This document shows, one piece after another, positions 1 through 9,584 of a stretch of 64,000 bases of DNA. The notes under the pieces were generated by a model that was not told the origin of the DNA, made no database searches, and saw only the letters and a list, made by a program, of their open reading frames with translations. The stretch's first letter is position 1; every line of letters begins with the position of its first letter. The translations under genes were made by a program, and so were the position numbers. The stretch is taken from the IMG/VR virus record IMGVR_UViG_3300032431_000001, positions 1 to 64,000 of that record; one strand, given 5' to 3'. The stretch comes from a virus.

Positions 1-1
1 T

Positions 2-1087
2 GGTTTGTAGGGCTTTGATTTGCTCCTTGTTGACACTGCCAAAGACTTGCTCTTGTAGCCCTTCGCTCATGCCCAGGATGGCGTTGAGGGGGGTGCGGAG
101 TTCGTGGCTCATGTTGGCGAGAAATTCATCCTTGAGGCGGGTGGCGCGGGCAAGTTCCTCGTTAGAAATCGCGAGTTGTTGATTGCTGGCTGTGAGTTGC
201 TGTTGGGCTTGTTGTCGTTCGGCTTCTACTTGTTTGCGATCGGTAATATCTTGCACAATGCCTTCGATCGCGATCGGGTTACCAGCTTGGTCTCTGACGG
301 GATGCTGAGAGACGCTGATTGTGCGCTGCCCCCCATCTTGGTGAATAAAACGCATATCGAACTGCTGAAAATCGACCTGGTTTTCAACCAGTTTAATCAC
401 AGAGGAATGTGCTATTTCTACATCTTCTGGCAGCCAGTCGATCAAATCCATCCAAGGCTTGCCGATGACATCCTGTTTTCTGAGACCAAAAACCGAGGCG
501 ACACCATCACTCACATAGGTCAATAGACCACTGATACCCCTGTGACTGAAGACAACGAATTTGTCACCGATATCATCCACGAGTCGCTGAAACTTGGCTT
601 GGCTTTCCTGTAACTCTTCTTCTATTTGTTTGCGATCGGTAATGTCTTGGATCAGGGCAAGTGCATATGTCTGCCCGTTGTTATTCGATAGGACAGAGGT
701 GGAAATGGCGATCGTGCGTTGCTGTCCATCTTGACGCTGGATTTTCCATTCTTCGGCAATCAGGTTGTCTCCTTGCAGCATCCGTCCCGTGCGGGCGATC
801 GCCTGAGCTTGTACCTCTGGGTCGGGGTAAAGCCTTTGATACCATCCCAGACGGTTAATGTCTTCTAAGTTGTAGCCTGTAATCGCTTGCATTTGCCGAT
901 TCCAGACTGTGAAGTGGATAAAAGGAAACGCCGCAATTTCATCGCAAACGCATAGCCCTTCTGCCATATTTTCGACAATTTGCTGACGGAAGTTATTTTC
1001 CTGCTGGAGTTGTTGTTCGGCGAATTTGAGATCGCTAATATCGTTCACCGCGTTTTTCCAGGAACATTTGTCTTGGAGGCGATCGCC
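2..1087 (-). pseudogene. sensor histidine kinase fragment (PAS/PAC modules + HisKA H-box), 5'-truncated, 3' end beyond window
   Basis: The minus-strand frame is open from 1087 down to position 2; it is absent from the ORF track because it has no stop in the window. The translation has two PAS/PAC-type ends ([30 protein letters not shown]) and the H-box [27 protein letters not shown]. An in-frame TAA at 1088-1090 leaves only the last ~12 aa ([12 protein letters not shown]) of an upstream PAS module. Confidence 0.8.
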
Positions 1088-2427
1088 TTAACACCTTTCT
1101 CTGCAACGCCCGCTTCTTCCTCTTTGTCGGGGATTGCCTTCTCGTCTTTTGGTGGCTTCTCAGAACTCGGAGGTAACACCGCTTGTTGAGGGGCTTCACC
1201 ATCAAGCCCGGTGCCGTCCATAAATTTGTCACCTGCGGGCCCAATTGGTTGTAGTCCGGTATCGAGACGCATTTCGTTGCGCGTTGCTAAATTCTCCTTG
1301 AACAGCATTGTCGCTCTCGACGCTTCTTGTTCTTCCGTTCGTTTCTCTATATCGGCGTAGTCCTTGGTAAATCCAGGTTCGTAGTAGTCGATGAGCTCCA
1401 GATTTTCATGCTCATTGACAATATTGGCGATCGGGACGACACCTTCTTGGTATGATGCGTCTGCCGAAACCCCGGCGGTAGCATAAGTGAACTGCTCATG
1501 CCCCAAATCTTTAGGTGTCAAGCCAAACGGCATACAAATCAGTCGCAGCAGTAACTCTGTCCAACCTAGATATAGTTCCGAGTCGCTCGACGCACCCAAG
1601 GTAACAACCTTGATCAGACCTTTCCCTCCGGCGATCGGTGTTTGCCCATCGATTTCTACTTTTGTGTTCCAATATTCCCGGAATGCGTCGAGTTCAGATT
1701 GGTTTACGTCTCCGATGTCGAGAATATACTTGGCGGAAACTTTAGAAGTGGATGTGTGTTGGAAATTATTAAGCGCTAACCAGGAAAGAATGTAGGGAAA
1801 AGCCACTTCTACTGGCGATGGTGGCATCAGTTCGTAAGACGCACTATCAATCTGAATGATGTACATATCTTCGTCTGCCAACATCCGCGTATCGGAGTCG
1901 TTGCGATAAAGGTATCGCGCTTCTTCGGGATTGTCTTGCCAGGCATCGTTAAATTCTATCTTGGCGGCATCGACACAAAATGCGAAAAATTTGCGAACGC
2001 GGCGGTCTTTTGCTAGTAAGTTATCGTTACCGTGCATCCGCTGTATCGCAGCGTAATTGAGAGTCAATAAATCTTTTACGACAGCGTTAGTGTATTTTGT
2101 GTAAGTATTTTGGGCTAGCTCGTAATTTGGTCGGAGCAAACTGCCTTTAATTTCTTCAGCGCGCTGGATCGCCCCTGGTTTATTTCGGTCTTCCTTGGGC
2201 GGGCTGATATGCCAGGGCATAAGCACTAAACCACGCTGAATCCTCTGGATACATTTCGATACCGGCCCGACGCGAGTCGCCATGCGTAATAATTCAAATG
2301 AAGGTCGCGTCCGCAGTCGTACTGACCTTTGAAATTCGATCGTTGGATCGATTTCGGGATAGCGCGGGCGCGAGTTGTGCGTTTGTGGTCTTAAGAGGAC
2401 TAATTTACCGCGAGTGCTTGCTGCCAT
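1045..2427 (-). CDS. phage portal protein
   Basis: 460 aa. The central/C-terminal pattern ...[66 protein letters not shown]...[17 protein letters not shown] fits the conserved portal core (HK97/SPP1-type). It ends in an acidic/Pro-rich tail. The last ~15 codons overlap the kinase junction. Confidence 0.7.
   Translation of the reverse strand: MAASTRGKLVLLRPQTHNSRPRYPEIDPTIEFQRSVRLRTRPSFELLRMATRVGPVSKCIQRIQRGLVLMPWHISPPKEDRNKPGAIQRAEEIKGSLLRPNYELAQNTYTKYTNAVVKDLLTLNYAAIQRMHGNDNLLAKDRRVRKFFAFCVDAAKIEFNDAWQDNPEEARYLYRNDSDTRMLADEDMYIIQIDSASYELMPPSPVEVAFPYILSWLALNNFQHTSTSKVSAKYILDIGDVNQSELDAFREYWNTKVEIDGQTPIAGGKGLIKVVTLGASSDSELYLGWTELLLRLICMPFGLTPKDLGHEQFTYATAGVSADASYQEGVVPIANIVNEHENLELIDYYEPGFTKDYADIEKRTEEQEASRATMLFKENLATRNEMRLDTGLQPIGPAGDKFMDGTGLDGEAPQQAVLPPSSEKPPKDEKAIPDKEEEAGVAEKGVKAIASKTNVPGKTR
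1079..1086. repeat. HIP1 octamer GCGATCGC (one example of many)
   Basis: Exact palindrome GCGATCGC. By eye there are at least ten exact copies inside the tape-measure ORF alone (e.g. near 36811, 37507, 39568, 45385, 47225, 47620, 48487, 49665), and copies in many terminator stems. This octamer is a hallmark of cyanobacterial genomes. Confidence 0.9.
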
Positions 2428-2548
2428 AAAAAAAAAAGAGGTCGGGCGTTTTTCTTCGCTTGACCTCCGATTAGGGTTGGTATTTTACTGTATTTTTTTC
2501 TTCCTAGTTTAAGGATATGCTACTGGAAGCCAGAACAGTGCCAAGATA

Positions 2549-2911
2549 TTGATGTGGCTCGTTTCCAAAGGCAAAAAAATGTTTGAAATTTTCCACGGCA
2601 AAACCAAGGTCTGCTCGATCGCCCTTCTCGATATTGATCGCTCACAAGACATTGCTCCCATCCAGGCGAAATTCTCGGTCGTTGACAAAGACTTAATCAA
2701 CGAATTCCGTTACTACTACTGCACCACCGCAGGCTCTTTCGGCAGGTGCATGGGAGATGCACTGGCAACAGATCCTCCAAGTTGGGGCTTGAGCGACTTT
2801 GACAACTTAGAACAAATCCTGACGCGTTTTCCGAAGCCTTGGCGCACGGAAGTGACCGATCGCCCGAAACACGATCCATTTATCCCACCCGATAACGGAG
2901 CTATGTACTGA
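2549..2911 (+). CDS. hypothetical protein
   Basis: ORF track. Its stop TGA overlaps the ATG of the next ORF (TGATG at 2909-2913), which suggests translational coupling. An alternative start is ATG 2579 (MFEIFHG). No recognisable domain. Confidence 0.4.
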   Translation: MMWLVSKGKKMFEIFHGKTKVCSIALLDIDRSQDIAPIQAKFSVVDKDLINEFRYYYCTTAGSFGRCMGDALATDPPSWGLSDFDNLEQILTRFPKPWRTEVTDRPKHDPFIPPDNGAMY

Positions 2912-4668
2912 TGAGCTACGCTCTATTTCAAATTCAGTGCCTGGCGATCGAGATAACTCTAGCACTGGCAGAGCGAGAGTATTTGCGGTATCCACCCGGA
3001 ACCATCATTGATGGCGTAAATGTGGGCGGTCAGTTTGCCGTAGGGAAGAAATCGGGAGACTCCTCGCCGACGCCACAAATAGTGAGCGCCCCGAAATCCC
3101 TGATGGGCAATGTGCTTGAATCTTTGGAAAGCGCTTTTTCTAAAACCAAAGACTTGGAAGCTAAAGTGACCAAAACGGTTGCCGAAATATCAAAAAACAT
3201 TGTTGCTCAGTATCCTATAGATCAAACGCCTTTACAACTACCTGGAGCATCATTCGCTCAGAAACTGCAAGCGGCGGCTGCACAATATTTCTCCATTGAG
3301 GACAACCTTCCGATCACCAATCCTTCTGAACAAAACAAATTGCTGGGTATTGCGATCAAGACTGCGATTCCGCTGGCAGTTGCACTTGCGTTGACTGTCG
3401 GAGTTGAAGTGGCGATCGGGATGTTGATTGGTCAAACAATCGGGGAGGCGATCGTCGGCTCGGCATTGGTGTTTGGGGTGTCATCCGCCACGGATAAAGT
3501 ATTAGATATTGCGAAAGTTGACAATCCGATTGTTCGGGCTTCACTTCAGATTGTTGCTGGGTTAGCGACAGGCGGCTTGGTTGCGCGATCGATAAAGGTC
3601 GCTGCGATAAATGCAAAAAATATCACCGAAGTCGCAGAAAAGCTAATAAAAGAAGCTACCTTGACACCGGGTCTACTAAATAAGATATTAGACCCACATC
3701 GAATGGCGACAGTTTTAGAAAAAAATAAAATAGACTCCAAAAAAGTGCTAGATGCGCTATACCGAGAGGTTGCCAGAGACAAGCGAATCGGTAAAGTCTC
3801 ATTACATCCTTTCTCTAAGAGGCTTAATGAATACGTCGAACTCGCTAGTAGTAAGAATAATTTAAATAACGTAGCAATTGAGTGGCGCAAAGGAGTTATA
3901 GACGCGGAGTTAAAATACGGTGAAACAATTAATAAAATTTCTTTAGTTCCGATTGAAGACGTAACTTTACGTGCAGAGAAAAAGTTACTTACAGAATTCT
4001 TGAACGTCGTAAAGCAAGGGAAAGAGAACAAGTCAATCATACAAAAAGTAGATCAAGATTTTATAGACAAATATGGATATTTATTTGGAGAGAACGCCAA
4101 CTTTGTCTTAGAAGGAAAACGGAAATTTCGAGGATTCCAAGTCGATTCTAAACGTCGCGTTGACGAAGTTACGGACGCTGTACTTGAAGCCTCTCAACTA
4201 GCAGGAGTTGATCTCGGTAAAATTGCTGTTGGAAATATAGAAGGACCTGCATATGAAAAGTCTGGACTAGGACGCGCATTCGCGCGCACCTTTTTCGGTA
4301 AAAATGCCGGCTTAAAATATATAAACGCAGGGCTTGCGTCCGACTCTCGCAACGTTGGTTTTCACGAAACTGGGCACTTTATTGAGGATGCGAAAGGGTT
4401 CGCAAAGTATTCCGTAGACCTCGTTAAAGATCGCGCGACCAAGCAAAAACCGCTTATTATTGATGGACAAGAAGTGCCTTACGCTGGATTCCTAAGTCCG
4501 TACAGTGGAAAAATCTACAGTAGTCCAAATCGTCCCAACCGTGCCACTGAAGTCATTTCTACTGGGCTCGAAACTCTAACCTCATTTTCGAGGTTGCGTC
4601 GGATCACCCGTGAAGATCCCGATCATCTCAGATTTACGCTGTTCGCCCTCGATTCCGCCGTAAAATAG
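2911..4668 (+). CDS. hypothetical protein with hydrophobic Gly/Ala-rich core and C-terminal HExxH motif
   Basis: 585 aa. It has a membrane-like stretch AIPLAVALALTVGVEVAIGMLIGQTIGEAIVGSALVFGV and a C-terminal NVGFHETGHFIED (HExxH, zincin-like). No other family recognised. Confidence 0.55.
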   Translation: MSYALFQIQCLAIEITLALAEREYLRYPPGTIIDGVNVGGQFAVGKKSGDSSPTPQIVSAPKSLMGNVLESLESAFSKTKDLEAKVTKTVAEISKNIVAQYPIDQTPLQLPGASFAQKLQAAAAQYFSIEDNLPITNPSEQNKLLGIAIKTAIPLAVALALTVGVEVAIGMLIGQTIGEAIVGSALVFGVSSATDKVLDIAKVDNPIVRASLQIVAGLATGGLVARSIKVAAINAKNITEVAEKLIKEATLTPGLLNKILDPHRMATVLEKNKIDSKKVLDALYREVARDKRIGKVSLHPFSKRLNEYVELASSKNNLNNVAIEWRKGVIDAELKYGETINKISLVPIEDVTLRAEKKLLTEFLNVVKQGKENKSIIQKVDQDFIDKYGYLFGENANFVLEGKRKFRGFQVDSKRRVDEVTDAVLEASQLAGVDLGKIAVGNIEGPAYEKSGLGRAFARTFFGKNAGLKYINAGLASDSRNVGFHETGHFIEDAKGFAKYSVDLVKDRATKQKPLIIDGQEVPYAGFLSPYSGKIYSSPNRPNRATEVISTGLETLTSFSRLRRITREDPDHLRFTLFALDSAVK

Positions 4669-4678
4669 ATCGCCCGCA

Positions 4679-4984
4679 CTACCAATTCCCTATTTCGTCC
4701 GCTTCTTGGCGAGACTCGAACTGAACCGACTGCGAAAGTAGCAAACCTGGATATGCCGATCGCAGGCGATCGAATTCCGCGATAGTTTCCACATCGTCGA
4801 TCGCCACCAAAAGTCCAAAGCTAGTCTCCTCATACAAAGAGCGCTCGTTTTTGTGAACAAGTTTGCACAGCGATTTTGCCCAGAGTTTTCGCGTAGATTG
4901 CAGGCGATCTATACCAAAAAGTTTGTGAATCAGACCCACCTGAGTACAGGTGTAACAAAGCGTATATTTTTTATATCTGTACAT
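4679..4984 (-). CDS. hypothetical protein
   Basis: ORF track frame 4679..5008. I prefer the ATG at 4984 (MYRYKKYTLCYTC...). A bidirectional hairpin (ggagccgaga...tctcggttcc, about 5014-5040) lies upstream. Confidence 0.35.
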   Translation of the reverse strand: MYRYKKYTLCYTCTQVGLIHKLFGIDRLQSTRKLWAKSLCKLVHKNERSLYEETSFGLLVAIDDVETIAEFDRLRSAYPGLLLSQSVQFESRQEADEIGNW

Positions 4985-5210
4985 AGGCTTACTACCTTTA
5001 AGCAACAAAAAAGGAGCCGAGAGGATTAATTCTCGGTTCCTTTTTTTATTTTACCTTATTCATGTCCGCAATATATAGGCGAAACAACCAAATTCCAAAG
5101 CAAAAACCTGTAATTATGCCAACTAAATGGTAGTTCATGACTAAAAATTGGTATAGATATCTTAATTTTACCACAATTAGCCGATATTCTCCACTAAAAA
5201 TTACGAATAG

Positions 5211-5239
5211 TTGACATATTATTCTTTTTAGGATATAAT
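5211..5239 (+). promoter_or_regulatory. consensus sigma70-type promoter
   Basis: TTGACA (5211-5216), 17 bp spacer, TATAAT (5234-5239), 29 nt upstream of ATG 5268. The 16-mer TACGAATAGTTGACAT is repeated at the promoter at 50161-50176. Confidence 0.6.
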
Positions 5240-5267
5240 TAGAGTATAAACAACAAGGAACGAATAT

Positions 5268-5681
5268 ATGTTAATTAAAGCAATGTTAAGCGTATTCGGT
5301 GCTGAATATAAATTCGCGGAAGCGGTAGTCCTTTTAGGACTACAAAGAACCCGAATAAGCATTTCTTCGGATACGAAAAAAGCCCTCATAGACAGGGTAC
5401 ATCGACTGAGACTGGATACGAAACTTGCACTCACCCTACTCTGGTTAGCGGTAGTCCTAATCGCACTGCCGCCCGAATTCGAGATATGGGATCTCGAATT
5501 CCAACTCTGGGTTTTGAGGCTAATAACCCCATTACTCCAGTTTCTTTCCTACTTGCAAGGTTTTGCGGAAGGAACCGCATTTGGGGTTTTTGTTGCCGTC
5601 ACGGTATACGGCTTCATCCAATGGATGGAGTTGCAAAGACAGAAATACCTACTCTACTACCTGTTCTACAGGTGTAAATAA
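5268..5681 (+). CDS. hypothetical membrane protein
   Basis: 137 aa with hydrophobic segments (LALTLLWLAVVLIALPP, AFGVFVAVTVYGFIQW). Preceded by a perfect consensus promoter; a hairpin with a T-run follows at about 5690-5716. Confidence 0.5.
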   Translation: MLIKAMLSVFGAEYKFAEAVVLLGLQRTRISISSDTKKALIDRVHRLRLDTKLALTLLWLAVVLIALPPEFEIWDLEFQLWVLRLITPLLQFLSYLQGFAEGTAFGVFVAVTVYGFIQWMELQRQKYLLYYLFYRCK

Positions 5682-5827
5682 TCAAAAAAGAGTCATCAAA
5701 TTGATGGCTCTTTTTTTGTGTCTATATACCTAAAAAATAAGCCCCACCGAGTAATCACTTGGTGGGGCTTATTTTTCATGGTTTTCTGGCGGTTCTATTC
5801 AGCCGTACCGCAGATTGGCGCTGATTA

Positions 5828-6022
5828 CTACATATCGATTTGTGGCTGCATTAACTTCACTCTAGCTAGTCCAGCCCTGAGTGCCATAGCTTCGCTGCGT
5901 TCATTTCTTGCTAGGAAGCCAGCGCTAGACTTTTGAATACAAAGCCACTTACTTTGACTTTCTTCAATTGCGTCCAGCCCCGCTTTTGCGGATTCGATTC
6001 TGAGTTGTTCAACTGATTTCAT
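5828..6022 (-). CDS. small hypothetical protein
   Basis: ORF track frame 5828..6094 trimmed to the internal ATG at 6020-6022 (MKSVEQLRIE...). This removes the overlap with 6033..6368. Confidence 0.3.
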   Translation of the reverse strand: MKSVEQLRIESAKAGLDAIEESQSKWLCIQKSSAGFLARNERSEAMALRAGLARVKLMQPQIDM

Positions 6023-6032
6023 GGTTGCTTTA

Positions 6033-6368
6033 CTATTGAATTTTTTGCTCGAAATCGTTGCAATTGTGACGTGCGTGAGCCAGTCTACCATCAACCAGCT
6101 CTAGTTCGCTATCGTCAGGTTGCGGACAAATCCTGACTGCACAGATAAGAACCTTAGCCTCTATAGGCTGTCTGTACTCTCTTTTGTATTCACTGGGTGA
6201 CCCTATTAGACCGCTCCAATATTTACAGTCACAGCATTTTACTAATGGCTCTGTCTGAGTGTTTAAAGTCCGCTCTTGTAGCTTTTGTTCTCTTTGGTAA
6301 AAATCTATCATTGGTCTTGAATTTACCTGAATGTATTCGATTATTTTCATTGGCTTAATGAATCGCAC
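6033..6368 (-). CDS. hypothetical protein
   Basis: 111 aa, GTG start. Contains Cys residues (CCDCKYW...CAVRIC). No family recognised. Confidence 0.4.
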   Translation of the reverse strand: MRFIKPMKIIEYIQVNSRPMIDFYQREQKLQERTLNTQTEPLVKCCDCKYWSGLIGSPSEYKREYRQPIEAKVLICAVRICPQPDDSELELVDGRLAHARHNCNDFEQKIQ

Positions 6369-6451
6369 TCGTACACTGTTATTATATGATAAGCCTCATA
6401 TCAAGTCAAACAAAAAGCCCCGTCAAGTAAATTACTTGACGGGGCTTTTCT

Positions 6452-6748
6452 TTAGGTGAACACCGTATAAGCTAGTAAAACTAGCTCTAGCGCCGTATTT
6501 ACGGCGTGTTTTGAATACCTAGTTTTATTTGCTATCTTGTCTGACAGGGCATACTGCCCAAATGTCATAGTGATCGCCAACACTAGGTTGAATATCCCCA
6601 TTCCGGGGATGTGAATGAGTGTTCCGTGGACTATTAGTCCACGATAGATTTCAAAAATGGGATCTAGGAGTTCCCAGATCGAAGCTATCAGTGGGAAACC
6701 CACTAATAGCAAAAAGATCGCCTTTGGGCGATCGGAATTATTATTCAT
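6452..6748 (-). CDS. small membrane protein (about 3 TM segments)
   Basis: 98 aa: AIFLLLVGFPLIASIW, GIFNLVLAITMTFGQY, ALELVLLAYTVF. A palindromic terminator (aaaagccccgtcaagtaaattacttgacggggctttt) lies just downstream at about 6415-6451. Confidence 0.5.
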   Translation of the reverse strand: MNNNSDRPKAIFLLLVGFPLIASIWELLDPIFEIYRGLIVHGTLIHIPGMGIFNLVLAITMTFGQYALSDKIANKTRYSKHAVNTALELVLLAYTVFT

Positions 6749-6898
6749 GTTGTTGAAATACTATATCTCGGCTACTTTATTATTATCCCATTAAATACAA
6801 ACAATGTCAAGTTTAGAGTTGTTTAGGCGATCGATGGTATTTAATTGACTGTTTTAACGATAAACAATATAATAAAAGTGTAGTTCTTAGTTAGATCC

Positions 6899-7738
6899 AT
6901 GAAATTAGCATCTTCTTTGTACAAAGGTGGAGAGTTGATCGAGGCTTTCGAGGCGGATTACGAATGCAGTCGAGAATTAGGCATGATTTGTCCTTTTTGT
7001 AAAGAATCTGTATTCCTAACACGCGAACATACACGCAAAGAGAGCTATATCCGTGCCGCGTGGAAACATTATAGAGTATCAGAACAATCTGCATTCTGTG
7101 AAGAACGGGCGCTAACAACGCAAGGGAAGGAGATTCTCAGACAATTGCAACCTGAAGCTCGTGGGCAGCGATTGAAATTGTTTAATCGTCGTTTTTGGGA
7201 AGTGTACAAATACGAAAAAGACATACCATTACTGGACAAAGTAACAAGTCAAATGTTTGATGATAGAACACTCAATTCGCTCGTTAAACACTGTAAAGAT
7301 AGATGGGATATCCCAGCTATCATCAAAATAGTCCCTAGTAGAATAGAAGCTATCACCAAAACGGTAGAAAGGAGTGAGCCAAGGTTGGTTGCAATGTTGA
7401 ACCGTGTTGGTTTAGATAGATTACCATTTGCTGAGCAAAAAGACTTATTAGCGACCGCACAAAACTCTTTAAACTCCTTCAAAGATATCAAATTTTCGGT
7501 ATTGCGACACAAGATACTCTCGGAAGTCATTGAATGGCTCCCGACAGAAACAGCATCTGCCAGTTTTCGGAAAGTGATCCAACTTGCCATTATTGATAGC
7601 CTCGATTTTAGTGAACCTCCGTTCCATTCGAGTACGATCGCCAATGTAGTTGTATCAAGCTTGATACTTACTGACTGGGAAGTGGCGATCGCCAGCCTGA
7701 AAGAACCGCAGAAAGCACTTGGGTTTGCCAAGATTTAA
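6899..7738 (+). CDS. hypothetical protein
   Basis: 279 aa. Promoter TTGACT (6845-6850), 17 bp, TATAAT (6868-6873), N6, GTAGTT (6880-6885). A hairpin terminator follows at about 7748-7782. Confidence 0.55.
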   Translation: MKLASSLYKGGELIEAFEADYECSRELGMICPFCKESVFLTREHTRKESYIRAAWKHYRVSEQSAFCEERALTTQGKEILRQLQPEARGQRLKLFNRRFWEVYKYEKDIPLLDKVTSQMFDDRTLNSLVKHCKDRWDIPAIIKIVPSRIEAITKTVERSEPRLVAMLNRVGLDRLPFAEQKDLLATAQNSLNSFKDIKFSVLRHKILSEVIEWLPTETASASFRKVIQLAIIDSLDFSEPPFHSSTIANVVVSSLILTDWEVAIASLKEPQKALGFAKI

Positions 7739-7869
7739 GTCAAACAAAGCCTGCACATTTAATTTTAGATGTGCAGGCTTTTTTAGTGTGGGCGATCGGC
7801 ATCTTTTTAGTTTACATCACTTGATTTACCAGTTATAATCTTAATGTAGTCAAAAACAGGATCATTCTC

Positions 7870-8310
7870 ATGAAAACAATTCAAGAAATTGCAAGAGAAA
7901 CTCGCGAATCACTACGTCGTCTTATAAGCGGTCAAGTGACGCAAACAGAATGCGCTGAAACGCTTTGGGAATTGCGCGGTTATTTGCACAGGGATGTCGA
8001 ACGGGACTGTTTAGACAGCATATTAGCTGATCTTTCGAGGGTGTTTGGCTCCATTGATAAGATCGGAGACTATTTTGAACCTACAGAAGAACGTAATCTT
8101 AACGAACTGTGGAAATGGTTCATTTCCGATCAATCGCACGTCCGTCTCGTCGAAGCAGCGATCCGCAACTACGAGAAGACCGATGATTTGTATCGGTCGA
8201 TAAGTCTAGCACTGTGTGACAAAAAATATGAAATCTTTGAGGTAGCGAAAGCTTACATCATGGAAATCTATGAAGACCAGCCAGATGAAGATGAAGACGA
8301 AGACAAATAA
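7870..8310 (+). CDS. small acidic protein, paralog 1 of 3
   Basis: 146 aa, starts MKTIQEIARETRE..., shares the core NELWKWFISDQSHVRLVEAAIRN, and has the acidic tail EDQPDEDEDEDK. Own promoter (TTTACA 7811, TATAAT 7834, GTAGTC 7846) and own terminator (8321-8350). Confidence 0.65.
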   Translation: MKTIQEIARETRESLRRLISGQVTQTECAETLWELRGYLHRDVERDCLDSILADLSRVFGSIDKIGDYFEPTEERNLNELWKWFISDQSHVRLVEAAIRNYEKTDDLYRSISLALCDKKYEIFEVAKAYIMEIYEDQPDEDEDEDK

Positions 8311-8437
8311 TAAATAATTAAGCCCCGTTAGGTAGTTACCTAGCGGGGCTTTTGTTTTGCTAATCGGCACCTTTTTAGTTTACATCACTTGCTTTACCAG
8401 TTATAATCTTAATGTAGTCAAAAACAGGATCATTCTC

Positions 8438-8869
8438 ATGAAAACAATTCAAGAAGTTGCAACAGAGACTCGCAAATTACTATGTCTCCTTAAAGGCGGC
8501 CTAGTAAAACTACAGAGAGCCGAATGCGCGGAAACGCTTTGGGATTTGCAAGTCTACTTAGCTAACGAAGACGAGAGGGAATGCTTAGAACGCATCTTAG
8601 ATAATATTGCGGGGGCGTTTGGTCCCATTGATAAGATAGAAGAGTATTTTGAACCTACGAAGGAAGATGATCCTAACGAACTGTGGGAATGGTTCATTTC
8701 CGATCAGTCGCACGTTCGCCTCGTTGAAGAGGCGATCCGCGACACAGCGAATAACGATTTATATAAATCGATAAGCTTAGCGCTACTCTGGAAAGACCTT
8801 GAAATATTTGAGGCTGCGAAAGCTTACATAATGGAAGTCTTCAAAGATCAGCCTGATGATGAAGAATAA
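8438..8869 (+). CDS. small acidic protein, paralog 2 of 3
   Basis: ORF track 8357..8869 trimmed to ATG 8438 (MKTIQEVATETRK...), which aligns with paralog 1. The upstream 560-bp unit, promoter included, is duplicated. Terminator at 8877-8906. Confidence 0.65.
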   Translation: MKTIQEVATETRKLLCLLKGGLVKLQRAECAETLWDLQVYLANEDERECLERILDNIAGAFGPIDKIEEYFEPTKEDDPNELWEWFISDQSHVRLVEEAIRDTANNDLYKSISLALLWKDLEIFEAAKAYIMEVFKDQPDDEE

Positions 8870-8991
8870 ATAATTAAGCCCCGCTAGGTAGTTATCTAGC
8901 GGGGCTTTTGTTTTACCGATCGCCCGTCTTTTTTGTTGCTTTAATATCAACAAATGCTAAAATAATGAGGTAGTCGCAAAAACAACAACTC

Positions 8992-9414
8992 ATGATAACA
9001 ATTCAAGAATTAGCACGAAACGTATATGAAGCGGGTGTAGGATCTGACGATTACCTAAATCGACTAGCATCGGACGAATACCGCACTATGATGCTTAACA
9101 CCTTTTTAGATGATATTTCAAACATCTCAAATAAACACTCGTTTGAGGATCTAAGATTTATTCGTGAATGGACAGAGCCGTCCCGCCCAGAATGGAATCG
9201 TGTTTATTTGTGGAAGTGGTTTAATTCCACAAATAAACATTTTGAGCTTGTTGATCAAGCACTTTCATTACAATTAGCCGATGGGAACAAACCAACGTTG
9301 AGTGAATGCGTAAAGGATGCTATATGGGAACAGTCTTGGGAAGTGTTTGGCGCTGTAACTGAGTATCTAACAGAAGAGTACCATAGGGTGAACGCACTCG
9401 ACGACAAAGAATAG
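8992..9414 (+). CDS. small acidic protein, divergent paralog 3 of 3
   Basis: 140 aa, starts MITIQELARN..., with LWKWFNSTNKHFELVDQALS matching the family core. Promoter TAAAAT (8958), N6, GTAGTC (8970). Terminator at 9421-9450. Confidence 0.6.
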   Translation: MITIQELARNVYEAGVGSDDYLNRLASDEYRTMMLNTFLDDISNISNKHSFEDLRFIREWTEPSRPEWNRVYLWKWFNSTNKHFELVDQALSLQLADGNKPTLSECVKDAIWEQSWEVFGAVTEYLTEEYHRVNALDDKE

Positions 9415-9534
9415 CAATTAAGCCTCGCTAGGTAAGTACCTAGCGGGGCTTTTGTTTTGGGGAAGCCCGACAAAACCCCACAATCTTGGAATTGTGGAGA
9501 TTTTTTGTTTGTGGCTCGATTTACGCACAAAACC

Positions 9535-9584
9535 CAAGAAACCCTAAACGCTAATCTTTGAAGAGGTGCGTTCAGGGTTTCTTG
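9535..9584 (+). promoter_or_regulatory. 17-bp inverted repeat (16/17) in the leader of the tail gene
   Basis: CAAGAAACCCTAAACGC (9535-9551) pairs with GCGTTCAGGGTTTCTTG (9568-9584). It is followed by GGTAGTC and a tandem 16-mer: ATCTCAGATCCAATCA (9594-9609) and ATCTCAGATTTAATCA (9610-9625). Confidence 0.4.

Noticed and set aside
104-1189. Plus-strand ORFs 104..526, 661..858, 980..1189 and minus-strand ORF 1035..1244
   Set aside because: The plus-strand ORFs lie antisense to, and 1035..1244 lies out of frame within, the clearly coding histidine-kinase and portal frames. None has motifs of its own. The kinase frame carries an unmistakable H-box and PAS ends.
5486-5936. ORFs 5486..5677 and 5718..5936
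   Set aside because: The first is an alternate frame inside the better-supported membrane-protein ORF 5268..5681. The second spans a terminator hairpin and is antisense to 5828..6022. Neither has signals.
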